Source of the DNA: Thermodesulfobacteriota bacterium
GTDB taxonomy: Bacteria > Desulfobacterota > Binatia > Bin18
DNA: 64,000 nt
Direction: 5' to 3'
NCBI GenBank assembly: GCA_964291405.2
Contig: OZ219926.1
Location: 4,288,001-4,352,000 of the forward strand
Part shown: piece after piece, positions 10,487 through 21,850 of the stretch
How positions within the stretch are numbered: the first letter of the stretch is position 1
Layout: each line of letters starts with the position of its first letter
The notes under the pieces: generated by a model
What the model was told of the DNA's origin: nothing
What the model saw: the letters and a program-made list of their open reading frames with translations, nothing else
The model's database searches: none
Program-made: the position numbers and the translations under genes

Positions 10487-11341
10487 ATGGCAGAAGACAG
10501 TACGTACACACCGCCGAAAGTCTGGCAGTGGGACAAAGAAAGTGGAGGGCGTTTTGCAAACATCAACAGACCTATCGCAGGCGCGACGCACGACAAAGAA
10601 CTGCCTGTAGGTGAACACGACCTGCAGCTCTATTCGCTTGCCACGCCCAATGGCGTCAAGGTGACCGTCCTGCTGGAGGAACTCCTTGAACTCGGTATCA
10701 AGGCGGCCGAGTACGATGCCTACCTGATCGACATCAGTGAGGGTGAGCAGTTCAGCAGTGGTTTTGTGGCCATCAACCCAAATTCCAAAATCCCGGCGTT
10801 GCTTGACCGCAGCACCACCCCCCCGACCCGAGTCTTTGAGTCCGGCGCCATGCTCGTCTATCTGGCGGAAAAATTCGGCGCTTTCCTGCCGACCGAGCCT
10901 TCAGTCCGCGCAGAATGTTTGTCGTGGCTGTTCTTTCAGATGGGCAGCGCTCCCTACATAGGCGGCGGGTTTGGGCATTTTTATGCCTACGCGCCGGAAA
11001 GGTTCGAGTATCCCATCAATCGCTTCGCCATGGAGACAAAACGCCTCCTCGATGTGTTGAATCGCCATCTCAGCGACCATCAGTATTTGTGTGGCGACGA
11101 GTATACGATCGCGGACATTGCGAACTACGCCTGGTATGGTGCCTTAGTAGGACAGAATATCTATGAAGCCGCAGAGTTTCTTGACGTTCAATCGTACACG
11201 CATGTGATCCGATGGACGAAAGAAATTGAAGCCCGGCCCGCCGTCCAACGCGGCCGTCGCGTGAACAAATCCTGGGGACCAGAGGAAGAGCGGCTCATCG
11301 AACGACACAGTGCCAGCGATTTCGATGCGCCGGCTGGCTAA
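10487..11341 (+). CDS. yghU: Glutathione-dependent disulfide-bond oxidoreductase (nu-class GST)
   Basis: YTPPKVWQW..GGRFANINRPIAG, LYSLATPNGVKV, ERHSASDF; RBS AGGAG. Confidence 0.92.
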   Translation: MAEDSTYTPPKVWQWDKESGGRFANINRPIAGATHDKELPVGEHDLQLYSLATPNGVKVTVLLEELLELGIKAAEYDAYLIDISEGEQFSSGFVAINPNSKIPALLDRSTTPPTRVFESGAMLVYLAEKFGAFLPTEPSVRAECLSWLFFQMGSAPYIGGGFGHFYAYAPERFEYPINRFAMETKRLLDVLNRHLSDHQYLCGDEYTIADIANYAWYGALVGQNIYEAAEFLDVQSYTHVIRWTKEIEARPAVQRGRRVNKSWGPEEERLIERHSASDFDAPAG

Positions 11342-11429
11342 TACTCAATCGCTACTCAAGGGTGCCCTGGGGAGGGGCACCCACACCAGTCCTCAGGGCA
11401 GCGAATCTAGTAAAAAGGAGGGGAGCCGC

Positions 11430-12263
11430 ATGAGCGCGAAGACTGACGAACGACCGAACGCACGAGAGAGGGAACAACGCCTGGGGTTTGTGAGCCGGCC
11501 GCGGTTCGAGGACTACCAGGAGAAATACGCCACGTACTTTAACATGGAGCGCCGCGACGGCATCCTCCAGGTGCACATGCACACCGAGGGAGGACCCGTC
11601 ATATACGGCCTGCCGATTCACAACGCCTGGTCCCAGCTGTGGCTCGACATCGGCAACGACCCCGACAACGAGGTGCTGATCTTCAGCGGCACCGGGGATA
11701 AGTGGATTGCTGGCTTTGACCCGGAAATGTCCAAACTGCCCTTCCATGAGATGTCCGCGGATGTGTTCTACGATCAGATCTACGCGGACGCGACCAAGCT
11801 GCTAGAGGCATTTATCTTCAATATCGATATTCCTACGATTGCCTGCATCAATGGCTCAGGTTTGCACACGGAATTCGCCCTGTTATGCGACATTACGCTG
11901 TGCGCGGAGCACGCCGAGCTGTTCGATCCGCACTTCAAGTTCAACCTGGTGCCTGGGGACGGCCAGGGCTTGACGTTCCAAGAGTTGATGGGGCTGAAGC
12001 GCGCTGCGTACTTTCTGTACACCAGTGACACGATTGACGCGCAGACGGCCAAGGAACTGGGCCTCGTCAACGAGGTGCTGCCGCTCGACCGGCTGCTGCC
12101 ACGGGCATGGGAGATTGCCGAAAAGGTTATGCAGAAGCCGCGTGCGATCCGGCGTATGACGAGTGCGGTGTTGCGGCGACAGTGGAAGCAGCGGTTGGTG
12201 CAGGATCTGGGGTTCCATATTGCGCATGAACTGCTCGGCATGCACCTCAACAAACCGGAGTAG
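11430..12263 (+). CDS. Enoyl-CoA hydratase/isomerase family protein
   Basis: PTIACING..HTEFALLCDI, LVPGDG, DAQTAKELGLVNEV. Confidence 0.88.
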   Translation: MSAKTDERPNAREREQRLGFVSRPRFEDYQEKYATYFNMERRDGILQVHMHTEGGPVIYGLPIHNAWSQLWLDIGNDPDNEVLIFSGTGDKWIAGFDPEMSKLPFHEMSADVFYDQIYADATKLLEAFIFNIDIPTIACINGSGLHTEFALLCDITLCAEHAELFDPHFKFNLVPGDGQGLTFQELMGLKRAAYFLYTSDTIDAQTAKELGLVNEVLPLDRLLPRAWEIAEKVMQKPRAIRRMTSAVLRRQWKQRLVQDLGFHIAHELLGMHLNKPE

Positions 12264-12295
12264 CCCACGCAACTCAGGTCCTGGGGAGGACCGGT

Positions 12296-13168
12296 ATGCA
12301 GCGAGGGCACAGAAGTGTCACAGCAGAATTTTCCGCTGTATTACGTGCCATTCACATGGTGCTGGATCCGAAACCCAGTATCTTCGTTGATCGTGTTGCC
12401 CGGCCGCTGCTGAAGCTCGACCGGCAGATGTTAGAGACGGCTCTTCAAGGACAGCTGGCCACAGCGGCACACTATGGCGACTCGCAGTCCGCCGTGCGGA
12501 TCGCCGCAAGTCTGCGCATGTTCACCGTACTGCGCTCACGCTTCACCAGAGATGCATTTTTTGAGAGCGGCCTCAAACAGATTGCGCTGCTCGGGGCCGG
12601 TTTGGACCTGTCACTTGCCTTCGAGGCAGACGTTCCAGTCTTTGCCGTAGATCATCCAGATACGTCGAGATGGACCCGCAGCCTTTTTGCCGATGCTGAT
12701 TTACCGACCGACAAAAATTTGCACTTCGTCGAGATGGACTTTGCCGAGGGACCGGAGGTACTGTTACCAACGCTCGCGGAGTATGGGTTTCATCCGGACA
12801 ACCCCGCTTTCTTTGTGTGGCTTGGCGTCCAGCCCTACCTCACTATTGAACGCGTCCTTGAGACAGCCCGCGTCCTGGGGAGCTGTCCAGCCGGGACACA
12901 ACTCGTTACCGACTTTCTGACACCGGATACGAGCTGGAGTGGAATCGGCGAGCGCGCCGGGAAACTGCTGCAGGACTCACCGCACCGCGAGCTGGAACCA
13001 TTTAAGAGTTATTCGGATCCCGCAACACTCAAGAAACAGTTGTTGGCATATAGCTTCACGACGGTGCGAAGCATCGAGGCAGACGAGGTAAACGCTCTGT
13101 ACTGTTGTGAACGGACCGATGGGCTGCGTTACCCAAATTGCGCAGCGATGGTGCTTGCTACAGTGTGA
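12296..13168 (+). CDS. Class I SAM-dependent methyltransferase (LCM/TIGR00027-like)
   Basis: RSRF, QIALLGAGLD, FAVDHPDT, FVWLGVQPYL. Confidence 0.85.
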   Translation: MQRGHRSVTAEFSAVLRAIHMVLDPKPSIFVDRVARPLLKLDRQMLETALQGQLATAAHYGDSQSAVRIAASLRMFTVLRSRFTRDAFFESGLKQIALLGAGLDLSLAFEADVPVFAVDHPDTSRWTRSLFADADLPTDKNLHFVEMDFAEGPEVLLPTLAEYGFHPDNPAFFVWLGVQPYLTIERVLETARVLGSCPAGTQLVTDFLTPDTSWSGIGERAGKLLQDSPHRELEPFKSYSDPATLKKQLLAYSFTTVRSIEADEVNALYCCERTDGLRYPNCAAMVLATV

Positions 13169-13186
13169 CGACCGACCTCAGTTCAC

Positions 13187-14404
13187 TCAGGTCTGGGAAA
13201 TCCAGCTCGGCTCAATGACTGGAGCGACGCGGAGTTCAGGTGGAATGTTCTCAATCCCGATGATCTCATCGACAGCTTGATGCCAGTGATACAGGCGTGC
13301 TTCTTGGTAGTTCAACGGCACGCCATCAAAGGCGTAGGACTCGACTCCCTTCTGAATGCCGTTACCAAACTGCTGGTCCTCTCCGACAATGTCATTGAAA
13401 TAGTCGATATAGGTGTCCCATGTGCTCGGCTTCGGTGCGTCGCCCCAATCCTCTCCAAACCATGAAAGCTCAAGCGTGGTGGTGTTGATGCTGGTTGGCC
13501 AGAAGGCAAAAATCGGCAGCCCCTTTTCGTTCATGGGCGAAACAAGGTTGGGTACGATATTAAAGGATACCACGCAGGTCCGTGGGATCTCACCAACGGT
13601 TTCAATATCCGGGCGATCCTCGATGATCTCGGCCGTTTCCGTATGGTTCTGTGCTTTGAGGGGCGCTATCATACGCCCGTGCCCACCCGGGTAGAGCGTA
13701 TTCACGTTGCCGCGATGATCCAGCAGCGGCGAGACGGTCTCCGGGTGAATCGACCGGACATGATAGACCTCCATGTTGGATTCCATGGCGATCTTCCAGT
13801 TGCAGTTCAGGCTAAACGTATCTTTCTGCACAAAACGCAAGCGCTCAAACTGAAACTGCTCCCACTGCGGGAGCAGCGGCGCCAGCGCGTGTGTCAGCGG
13901 AGGAGCGTCCGGGTCAAAGTTGGCAAACAGAAACTTGCCCAAGCGTTCGAGACGGACGGAATACAGCGAACGACAGGAAAAATCGAGACCCACAAAATCG
14001 CGCTTATCACGGAGATTAATCAGTTCGCCGTCATGATTATAGGTCCAGCCGTGATAGCCACAGGTGAAGCGGTCGACTTTGCCTGTGGCCTCGCGTACGA
14101 GCGGTGCCCCCCGGTGGCGGCAGGTATTGTAATACGCACGCACGTCGCCAGTCCGGGTATGGAGAAGGACAACCGGCTGTCCGGCCGTTTCCCATAGCTT
14201 AAAACAGCCCGGCTCTGGTATTTCATCCATATGTCCGGCCAACAGCCAGGATTTCCGCCACAAGTGCTGTTTTTCCAGGTCATAAAAACGCTGATCGGTG
14301 TAACGTTTACCGGGCAGGTCTGGGAACTGTGGAAAGCCCTCGGGTGGACCTTTGCGGCCGGTTTCGTAACGGATCTGCGTGCGGATTGATCGGGTGTCTT
14401 CCAT
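13187..14404 (-). CDS. Rieske aromatic ring-hydroxylating oxygenase alpha subunit
   Basis: NTCRHRG..CGYHGWTY Rieske motif; NWK..ESNMEVYHVRSIH mononuclear Fe site. Confidence 0.93.
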   Translation of the reverse strand: MEDTRSIRTQIRYETGRKGPPEGFPQFPDLPGKRYTDQRFYDLEKQHLWRKSWLLAGHMDEIPEPGCFKLWETAGQPVVLLHTRTGDVRAYYNTCRHRGAPLVREATGKVDRFTCGYHGWTYNHDGELINLRDKRDFVGLDFSCRSLYSVRLERLGKFLFANFDPDAPPLTHALAPLLPQWEQFQFERLRFVQKDTFSLNCNWKIAMESNMEVYHVRSIHPETVSPLLDHRGNVNTLYPGGHGRMIAPLKAQNHTETAEIIEDRPDIETVGEIPRTCVVSFNIVPNLVSPMNEKGLPIFAFWPTSINTTTLELSWFGEDWGDAPKPSTWDTYIDYFNDIVGEDQQFGNGIQKGVESYAFDGVPLNYQEARLYHWHQAVDEIIGIENIPPELRVAPVIEPSWISQT

Positions 14405-14428
14405 GGCGTCTCTCTGTGAGATGTTCTT

Positions 14429-14587
14429 TCAATACAGAATCACACTACGCGCTACTTCGCCTTTCTCCAGCCAGTCAAACGCGGTGTTGATATCTTCCAG
14501 GGTGATCCGCCGTGACACGAGCGCATCAATTTGGATCTCTTCGACTATCAGGGGCGCATTGTATTCGTAAAAGACCGCGGCTTTCAT
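14429..14587 (-). pseudogene. Zn-dependent alcohol dehydrogenase reduced to a 52-aa head-plus-tail fusion
   Basis: Manual translation: MKAAVFYEYNAPLIVEEIQID|ALVSRRITLEDINTAFDWLEKGEVARSVILY*; RBS GAGG; not in ORF track. Confidence 0.8.
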
Positions 14588-14623
14588 GGGCCGGTCCTCT
14601 TTGAACAGTTGGTCTTCTCGAAT

Positions 14624-15214
14624 TTACAGGCTGCCTTTTGTGGATAAGACACCCTGAACTCGGGGGTCATGCTCGACCGCACTGCTGAGCGCCCTAGCAA
14701 AAGCCTTGAAGCCAGCCTCGATAATGTGGTGGGGGTTCCGGCCCTGGGCCATATTCAGGTGCAGGTTCATGCCGACCTGATTCGTCAGGGCCAGAAAAAA
14801 GTCGTGGACCAGCTCCGTTGAAAAATTTCCCACCCTTTCCTGTTGAATCTCCAGATTATAGGCCAGAAACGGCCGCCCACTCAGGTCAACCACGCACGAG
14901 ACCAGGGCTTCGTCCAGCGGCACGCTGGCATCACCGAAGCGGCGGATGCCGTGTTTGTCGCCCAGGGCTTCCCGGAGTGCTTGGCCGAGTGCCAGGCCGA
15001 TGTCTTCAACCGTATGATGATCGTCCACCGCAATATCGCCGCTCGCCTGCACCCTGAGATTAAAAAAGCCGTGTCGGGCAAACAGTTCCAACATATGGTC
15101 AAGGAAGGGAACACCGGTCGAGACCTCGTACTGCCCTTCACCTTCGAGTTGGATACTCAGGCGGATATCGGTTTCATTGGTCTTTCGCTGGACATCAGCT
15201 TTGCGTGCGGCCAT
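14624..15214 (-). CDS. hisB: Imidazoleglycerol-phosphate dehydratase
   Basis: [30 protein letters not shown]. Confidence 0.97.
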   Translation of the reverse strand: MAARKADVQRKTNETDIRLSIQLEGEGQYEVSTGVPFLDHMLELFARHGFFNLRVQASGDIAVDDHHTVEDIGLALGQALREALGDKHGIRRFGDASVPLDEALVSCVVDLSGRPFLAYNLEIQQERVGNFSTELVHDFFLALTNQVGMNLHLNMAQGRNPHHIIEAGFKAFARALSSAVEHDPRVQGVLSTKGSL

Positions 15215-16535
15215 GCCTGCCTCCGTCTAAACGATATTGCACGGCTCGGGCGTGGGCCTCAAGTCCCTCAAGCTCGGCCAGCCGCACCACTTCGGGACCC
15301 AAGGCAGACAGGGCCTGCGACGACGCCCGTATCACGCTGGTACGTTTCAAGAAGTCATAGACGCCCAGAGGCGAGGAAAACCGAGCCGTCCCGCCGGTCG
15401 GCAGCACGTGGTTGGGTCCGGCGATATAATCGCCAAACGGTTCGGTCGAAAGATGCCCCAGAAAAATTGCTCCAGTGTGCCGAATATCCTTGACCCAGGC
15501 CTGCGGGTCTTTGACGGCCAGTTCCAGATGTTCAGGGGCAATCGCATTGGCCAGTTCCACGACTTCCTGACGATGCCGGGCGAGAATAACCGCGCCGAAG
15601 CGGCGTAGGGAGGCCGACGCGATGGCGCGCCGGGGAAGCCGGGCGAGCTGTTCGGTGAGTTCCCGGACCACCGCCTGTCCCAGGCGTCGGGACGTCGTCA
15701 GACACAGCGGGGCGGCCAGGGTGTCATGTTCCGCCTGGGAGAGCATATCGGCCGCAATATAGTCGGGTCTGGCCGTCTGGTCGGCGATTACCAGAATCTC
15801 ACTCGGCCCGGCAATCATATCGATATCAACCCGGCCAAAGACGAGCCGTTTGGCGGTCGCCACATAGATATTGCCCGGTCCGACGACTTTATCGACGCGT
15901 GGAATCGTCCGGGTGCCATACGCCAGGGCGGCTACCGCTTGGGCTCCGCCGACCCGAAAAAAGGCGTCCGCACCCGCAATACGAGCCGCAGCCAGCAGGG
16001 CGGGATTGTCTCCTTCGGGAGACGGCGGGGAGACCACGATAACTTCTTTGACCCCAGCAACCTTCGCTGGAATCACATTCATGAGCACCGAAGACGGATA
16101 GGCCGCGGTGCCGCCGGGAACATACACCCCGACCCGTTCAAGCGGTGTTATCTTCTGGCCCAGAGTGACTCCAAGCGCGTCACGATAGGTCCAGGATGAC
16201 TGGCGCTGCTTGCGGTGAAAGCGCCGGATACGTTGGGCCGCGGCGCGTAGCGCTTTTCTGACGGGCGCTGCCAGGCTCTTGAGCGCGTACTCCATCTCGG
16301 CCTGGGTCGCGCCCAGTTCGTGAGGCGAGAGTGACACCTGATCGAATTTTTTGGTGAGAGCTATAAGCGCCCGGTCGCCGCGTTTGTGAACATCGTACAA
16401 AATGGAGCGGACCGCGGCTTCAACCTGGGCACTGGCGCTCTCGCCCCGCGACAGCAGTTTGTCCAGGTGCCGTTGGCAAGCCGCATCCGTTGTAGAGAGC
16501 AGCGGAACCAGAGCTTTTGCTGCGGAGCGTGTCAT
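15195..16535 (-). CDS. hisD: Histidinol dehydrogenase
   Basis: [40 protein letters not shown]. Confidence 0.97.
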   Translation of the reverse strand: MTRSAAKALVPLLSTTDAACQRHLDKLLSRGESASAQVEAAVRSILYDVHKRGDRALIALTKKFDQVSLSPHELGATQAEMEYALKSLAAPVRKALRAAAQRIRRFHRKQRQSSWTYRDALGVTLGQKITPLERVGVYVPGGTAAYPSSVLMNVIPAKVAGVKEVIVVSPPSPEGDNPALLAAARIAGADAFFRVGGAQAVAALAYGTRTIPRVDKVVGPGNIYVATAKRLVFGRVDIDMIAGPSEILVIADQTARPDYIAADMLSQAEHDTLAAPLCLTTSRRLGQAVVRELTEQLARLPRRAIASASLRRFGAVILARHRQEVVELANAIAPEHLELAVKDPQAWVKDIRHTGAIFLGHLSTEPFGDYIAGPNHVLPTGGTARFSSPLGVYDFLKRTSVIRASSQALSALGPEVVRLAELEGLEAHARAVQYRLDGGRHGRTQS

Positions 16536-17800
16536 TGGACGGGCCGATGTGTTTGGCGCTGGATTTTTGCCCCAAGCTGAGACAGCTTGGCCTCGATGTG
16601 TTCATAGCCGCGATCAAGATGGTAAATCCGGGCGACCTCCGTCTCACCGCGGGCTGCCAATCCGGCCAGGATCAGCGACACGCTGGCTCGCAAGTCGGTC
16701 GCCATGACGGGCGCACCGCTTAAAAACGCGACGCCCTGAATGGTTGCGGTATGGCCCTGGACATACACGTCGGCGCCTAAACGGACGAGTTCCTGGGCGT
16801 GCATAAAGCGATTCTCGAAAATGGTTTCGGTGATGCTGCTCTGCTCTTCACCCAAGGTCAGGAGCGCCATCATTTGTGCTTGCAGGTCGGTTGGAAAGCC
16901 TGGGTAGGGCTGAGTACTGAACTGGACGCCGGTCGGCCGTCCATTGCCCTGGACCCGAATCCCTTCCGGTTCGTGGCGAATGACGACACCTGCGCGCTGC
17001 AGGGTGTCCAAAAAGCTGGTGAGATGATCGGCGTGGGCACCCTGAACCAGAATGTTGCCCGACGTGATTGCACCGGCAATAAGAAAAGTCCCGGCCTCGA
17101 CGCGATCGGGAATAACCTGATGGCTGACGCCGTGCAGTGCATCAACACCCTCAATCACGATTGTCTGACTCCCTGCCCCATGAATACGAGCACCCATTGC
17201 AATAAGCATGGCTGCGAGGTCCTCAATTTCGGGTTCACGCGCGGCATTGTCCAGGACGGTTGTTCCTGTGGCTAAGGTGGCCGCCATCATGAGGTTCTCT
17301 GTCGCGCCCACGGAGGGAAAATCGAGGCTGATACGCGCCCCCGTCAGCCGGTTGGCCCGCGCTTCGACATAGCCTTGTCGAATCCGTATGGATGCGCCAA
17401 GCTGCTGTAAGCCCGCCAGATGAATATTGACCGGACGGGTCCCAATGGCACAGCCGCCAGGGGTTGAAACGCGAGCCCGGCCAAAGCGAGCCAACAGCGG
17501 CCCAAGCACCAAAAACGACGCCCGCATGGTCTTGACCAGGTCATACGGCGCTTCAAATTGACCGACCCGCTTGGCATCGAGTACGACCTCATCCGTACTG
17601 AGCCAATCCGCCCGCACCCCGAGTTCAGTCAGCAAGCTCAGGGCAGTCTGGATATCGACCAGACGTGGCACGCCACGCAGGGTGCATTCCTCGTGGGTTA
17701 AAAGAGAGGCGAAGAGCAGCGGTAAGGCGGCATTTTTCGCGCCGCTGACCGTTACTTCCCCATGCAGGGGAATACCGCCTTGAATGAGAATCGTATCCAT
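16532..17800 (-). CDS. murA: UDP-N-acetylglucosamine 1-carboxyvinyltransferase
   Basis: [35 protein letters not shown]. Confidence 0.98.
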   Translation of the reverse strand: MDTILIQGGIPLHGEVTVSGAKNAALPLLFASLLTHEECTLRGVPRLVDIQTALSLLTELGVRADWLSTDEVVLDAKRVGQFEAPYDLVKTMRASFLVLGPLLARFGRARVSTPGGCAIGTRPVNIHLAGLQQLGASIRIRQGYVEARANRLTGARISLDFPSVGATENLMMAATLATGTTVLDNAAREPEIEDLAAMLIAMGARIHGAGSQTIVIEGVDALHGVSHQVIPDRVEAGTFLIAGAITSGNILVQGAHADHLTSFLDTLQRAGVVIRHEPEGIRVQGNGRPTGVQFSTQPYPGFPTDLQAQMMALLTLGEEQSSITETIFENRFMHAQELVRLGADVYVQGHTATIQGVAFLSGAPVMATDLRASVSLILAGLAARGETEVARIYHLDRGYEHIEAKLSQLGAKIQRQTHRPVQ

Positions 17801-17835
17801 AGAGCCCGTCCCGCTACCTCACCACTCGCTACTAC

Positions 17836-18795
17836 TCAACCAGCGGTCTTTTGGAAGACAACCACCCGGTCCCGGCCAGCATAGTCTTGCCTGCACGTCT
17901 GGAAACGCAGGCGGCGCTGCTTGTATCCGAGCTGCACCTTTTGTCCAAGCTGCACTAGGGCGTCTTTTTGCGTCTCCCCAATTTCCGCGACGAGCCAGCC
18001 GTCAGGCCGTATGTAGTCTGGACTGTCGTACAACAGACGGCCGTAAAAATCGAGACCATCCACTCCGCCGTCCAGGGCGGCCCGCGGCTCCCATAGTCGG
18101 ACCTCGGGCTGAAGCGTGTCGAGCGCTTGAGAGGCGATATACGGGGGATTAGTCACGAGTAGGTCAAAGAATGGTCCGCCAGACGGCACGGGAGCGAGCA
18201 GGTCTCCACAGGCAAAGGTGATGCGGTGACCAACTTGATGCGTCTGGGCATTCTTTTGAGCAATGGACAGGCTTGTATGCGTCCTATCGACCGCCCAAAT
18301 ATGTGCGTTCGGCAATTCAGTCGCGAGGGCAACGGCAATGCAGCCGCTACCTGTCCCAATATCAAGGATACGTGGAGCGGTTATCCGAGACGATGCCAGC
18401 AGGCGTATGGCCGTCTCAACAAGGATTTCCGTATCGGGACGCGGAATAAGCACGCAGGGGTTGACCTGGAACTCCAGCGACCAGAATTCCTGGCGGCCGG
18501 TGATGTAGGCTACCGGCTCGCGTTGGGTCCGGCGGACCACGCTCTGTTGGAAGTCGGTTTTCTGAGAATCGGCAACCCTCTCTTGAAGTCGTCTGTACAG
18601 GCAAGACTTGCTGACGTGAAGCGTATGCGCCAGCAGGACTTCCGCGTCCAGGCGAGGCGTGTCTATATTGGCCGTCTTGAGCCTATGCTCGGCCCAGGCC
18701 ACAAGCTGGGCGACCGTCTCAGCACGGGATAAGGAATCCGGCTGGAGACTTGGAGGAATTGTGAGCGGGGTAGGGCGAGTCTGAACGTTTTTCAC
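17836..18795 (-). CDS. prmC: Release factor glutamine methyltransferase
   Basis: EPVAYI, VLIPRPDTE, DIGTGSGCIA, NPPY; start uncertain (GTG at 18795 chosen). Confidence 0.93.
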   Translation of the reverse strand: MKNVQTRPTPLTIPPSLQPDSLSRAETVAQLVAWAEHRLKTANIDTPRLDAEVLLAHTLHVSKSCLYRRLQERVADSQKTDFQQSVVRRTQREPVAYITGRQEFWSLEFQVNPCVLIPRPDTEILVETAIRLLASSRITAPRILDIGTGSGCIAVALATELPNAHIWAVDRTHTSLSIAQKNAQTHQVGHRITFACGDLLAPVPSGGPFFDLLVTNPPYIASQALDTLQPEVRLWEPRAALDGGVDGLDFYGRLLYDSPDYIRPDGWLVAEIGETQKDALVQLGQKVQLGYKQRRLRFQTCRQDYAGRDRVVVFQKTAG

Positions 18796-18820
18796 CGGAG
18801 ACAACCCCGTCGGGCCGAAT

Positions 18821-19906
18821 TCAATTCGCGGTAGCCTTGAGCGTTTCGGCCTGATGCGAAGTGATGAGGGCATCCACAACCGGGTCGAGCTCTCCATCAA
18901 GAATACGCTCAAGAGTGTGGAGCGTCATATTGATCCGATGGTCGGTCATGCGCGACTGGGGGAAATTATAGGTGCGTATCCGCTCGGAGCGATCTCCCGA
19001 GCCGACCATGCTCCGCCGCGAAGCCGTGATTTCGCTCTGTTGTTCTGCTTGTGCCCGTTCGAGCAGTCGAGAACGCAGAATTTTAAGCGCCTTGGCTTTG
19101 TTCTTGTGCTGCGATTTCTCATCTTGGCAGGAGACCACGAGGTTGGTTGGTAGATGCGTAATGCGGACGGCCGAATCCGTGGTGTTGACACTTTGTCCGC
19201 CTGGACCGGAGGACCGAAAAACATCGATACGGAGCTCTTTTTCGTCAATGGCGATATCGACCTCATCCGCTTCAGGCAGGACTGCGACTGTGACGGCCGA
19301 GGTGTGAATTCGACCCGACGCTTCCGTCTCGGGAACCCGCTGGACGCGATGCACCCCGCCCTCGAATTTGAGACGGCTGTAGGCATTCTTGCCCGTGACC
19401 ATGCTGATGATTTCCTTAAATCCACCCAGGCCGGTTGGGCTCGAACCCAGCACATCCATACGCCAGTTGCGCTGTTCGGCATAATGCGAATACATCCGAA
19501 ACAGGTCGGCGGCAAACAGACTTGCTTCCTCGCCTCCGGTGCCGGCCCGGATTTCAAGAATTACGTTTTTTTCGTCAAGCGGGTCTTTGGGAAGCAGCAG
19601 GAGATGGAGGTGGTCTTCAAGCTGGGTGGCCCGTTGGCTCAGACCCTCGATCTCTTCTTGCGCCAGATCGCGCATGTCCGGGTCGCTATCTTCAAGCAGG
19701 GCTTTGCTGCCTTCGAGGTCCGCATGGACTTTGCGCCATTCCCGAAAGCACGTAACGACCTCTTCCAGGGCGGCGTGCTCCTTGGCCAGCTTGGCATACT
19801 CCTTGGCGTCACTGGCGACCTCGGGACGGCCCAGCGTGCGTTCCACTTCTTCGTAACGCTTCTCAACTTCAGAGAGTTTTTCGCCCAACGCAACGGCTTC
19901 ACTCAT
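18821..19906 (-). CDS. prfA: Peptide chain release factor 1
   Basis: [15 protein letters not shown] (PxT), [18 protein letters not shown]. Confidence 0.97.
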   Translation of the reverse strand: MSEAVALGEKLSEVEKRYEEVERTLGRPEVASDAKEYAKLAKEHAALEEVVTCFREWRKVHADLEGSKALLEDSDPDMRDLAQEEIEGLSQRATQLEDHLHLLLLPKDPLDEKNVILEIRAGTGGEEASLFAADLFRMYSHYAEQRNWRMDVLGSSPTGLGGFKEIISMVTGKNAYSRLKFEGGVHRVQRVPETEASGRIHTSAVTVAVLPEADEVDIAIDEKELRIDVFRSSGPGGQSVNTTDSAVRITHLPTNLVVSCQDEKSQHKNKAKALKILRSRLLERAQAEQQSEITASRRSMVGSGDRSERIRTYNFPQSRMTDHRINMTLHTLERILDGELDPVVDALITSHQAETLKATAN

Positions 19907-19944
19907 AATCGTAACCGGGGGCCAGAGCGGAGACAAATATAATA

Positions 19945-19967
19945 AGGGGCGGTAGAAAACCGCCCCT
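19945..19967. terminator. GC hairpin between rpmE2 and prfA
   Basis: AGGGGCGGT-AGAAA-ACCGCCCCT; followed by TTATT on the minus strand. Confidence 0.45.
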
Positions 19968-20002
19968 CCGCTCGGTCTTGCTCTGCGTCCGTCCGACGCA
20001 GG

Positions 20003-20278
20003 CTATGCGTCTTCTTCTTTCTTCTCCGGGTCTTGCAACCCATATCTCCGACGAAAGCGTTCAACTCGTCCTGCTGTATCAACAATGCGTTGTTTCCCGG
20101 TGTAGAACGGATGGGACGCGCTCGAAATATCGAGTCTATACAACGGATAGGTCTTGCCGTCTTCCCACTCAATCGTTTCGTTCGTCTCGATACACGCCCG
20201 CGTGAGGAAGGCGAAGTTCGCCGAGGTGTCCTGAAAGACGACATCTCGGTACGTTTCTGGATGAATTCCTGCTTTCAT
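20003..20278 (-). CDS. rpmE2: 50S ribosomal protein L31 type B (Zn-independent)
   Basis: [35 protein letters not shown]; lacks CxxC motifs. Confidence 0.93.
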   Translation of the reverse strand: MKAGIHPETYRDVVFQDTSANFAFLTRACIETNETIEWEDGKTYPLYRLDISSASHPFYTGKQRIVDTAGRVERFRRRYGLQDPEKKEEDA

Positions 20279-20342
20279 TCTCAACCTCCAGCGGCTAGTA
20301 TTACCATCTCGTCAGATGGGCCGCAACTCAAGCGAGGAAGGT

Positions 20343-21515
20343 ATGGACGCAGAGCGCTTGCACGAGATTCAGCACGCATTGCAAGAGGAAACGCTCGACG
20401 GGTGGCTGTTTTACGATTTTCGGGGCAGTGACCCGCTCGCCTACCGCATTCTCGGGCTCGATGAAACTGAGCTGTCGACGCGACGCTGGTATTACTTCAT
20501 TCCGGCCGAGGGTGTGCCAATCGGACTCGTTTCCAGCATTGAGCCGTATCGTCTGGATCGCCTGCCCGGACCAAAGCTGCCGTTTTTTACCTGGCAGCAG
20601 CACGCAGAACGCTTAGCCGAGTTGCTGCGTAACCGGCGGCGTATTGCCATGCAGTATTCACCGGGGAATGCCATCCCGTACATCTCGCGTGTTGACGCCG
20701 GCACAATTGAAACCATCCGTCAGCTTGGGGTTGAGGTGGTCTCGTCTGCGGACCTGGTGCAGCGCTTTGAAGCGGTCTGGACCCCAGAGCAATGGCAGAG
20801 TCATCGCCGCGCGGCCACGGTGGTCCGCCAGACGGTTGACGCTGCCTTTGGCTATTTGAGAGACAACGCGCCGGTGTCTGAGTATCAGGTGCAGCAATTC
20901 ATCCTGGATTGCTTTGCCCAACATGGGCTGACGACCTACTATCCGCCTGTGGTGGCTGCCAACATCCATAGCGCGGACCCGCACTACACGCCAACGGCCG
21001 AGCAGACGGCGCTGATTCGGCCTGGTGACTTTGTGCTGATTGACCTGTGGGCCAAAGAGCCGGACGGGGTATATGCCGATATCACCTGGACCGGTTTTAT
21101 GGACAAGGTTGTCCCCGGGCGCTATCAGGAGATATTTCAACTCGTTCGTGAGGCGCGTGATGCCGCGATATCCTTTGTGAAAGAAAGTGTGACAAGCGGC
21201 CAGACGTTTTTCGGTCATGAAGTTGATGCCGCGTCCCGAAGCGTTATTGCCAATGCCGGCTATGGTGACCAGTTTTTTCACCGCACCGGCCACTCTATCG
21301 GTACGGAGGTCCACGGCAATGGTGCGAATATGGACGGCGTCGAGACCCGTGATACGCGCCGGGTGCTGCCCCATACCTGTTTCTCGGTCGAGCCTGGGAT
21401 TTATCTGGCCGGAGACTTTGGGGTGCGTAGCGAGGTTGACGTCTATATCACCGAGAATGAAGCGATTGTGACCGGTGATCCGGTCCAAACGGAAGTCATC
21501 CCGATTCTCACATAA
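20343..21515 (+). CDS. M24 family (Xaa-Pro) aminopeptidase
   Basis: LIDLWAK, YADITW, HRTGHSIG, EPGIY, GVRSE. Confidence 0.9.
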   Translation: MDAERLHEIQHALQEETLDGWLFYDFRGSDPLAYRILGLDETELSTRRWYYFIPAEGVPIGLVSSIEPYRLDRLPGPKLPFFTWQQHAERLAELLRNRRRIAMQYSPGNAIPYISRVDAGTIETIRQLGVEVVSSADLVQRFEAVWTPEQWQSHRRAATVVRQTVDAAFGYLRDNAPVSEYQVQQFILDCFAQHGLTTYYPPVVAANIHSADPHYTPTAEQTALIRPGDFVLIDLWAKEPDGVYADITWTGFMDKVVPGRYQEIFQLVREARDAAISFVKESVTSGQTFFGHEVDAASRSVIANAGYGDQFFHRTGHSIGTEVHGNGANMDGVETRDTRRVLPHTCFSVEPGIYLAGDFGVRSEVDVYITENEAIVTGDPVQTEVIPILT

Positions 21516-21529
21516 GGAAAGCCGAACCT

Positions 21530-21850
21530 ATGGCAAAAGTGTGGTTTATCCAACAGCAAAATCGGTTGCTTGCCGTTGGCGGCAAGCCGGCCTATGAGCG
21601 GCCTTTTGAGACTATTCAGTGGCCTTTGGATATTGGCGTCCATCGGTTTTATACGGACCAGGCTCCCACGCTTGGCTCCAGCCTGCCGACTCAGGAGGTG
21701 TCATCCGCCGACCTGGTGCTGGTCGAACTCCAGGGGAGTGACGTTGCGGCCGGGTCGAGCTATAAGGTCGGTTTCTACTCGTCTCCGTATTCTCCCCACG
21801 CGGTTGCCGAGCGACTCGGCCAACCCTGGGTCGAGGACTCCACGGCCTAA
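21530..21850 (+). CDS. Hypothetical protein
   Basis: 106-aa ORF with RBS AAGGA directly after the peptidase. Confidence 0.6.
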   Translation: MAKVWFIQQQNRLLAVGGKPAYERPFETIQWPLDIGVHRFYTDQAPTLGSSLPTQEVSSADLVLVELQGSDVAAGSSYKVGFYSSPYSPHAVAERLGQPWVEDSTA

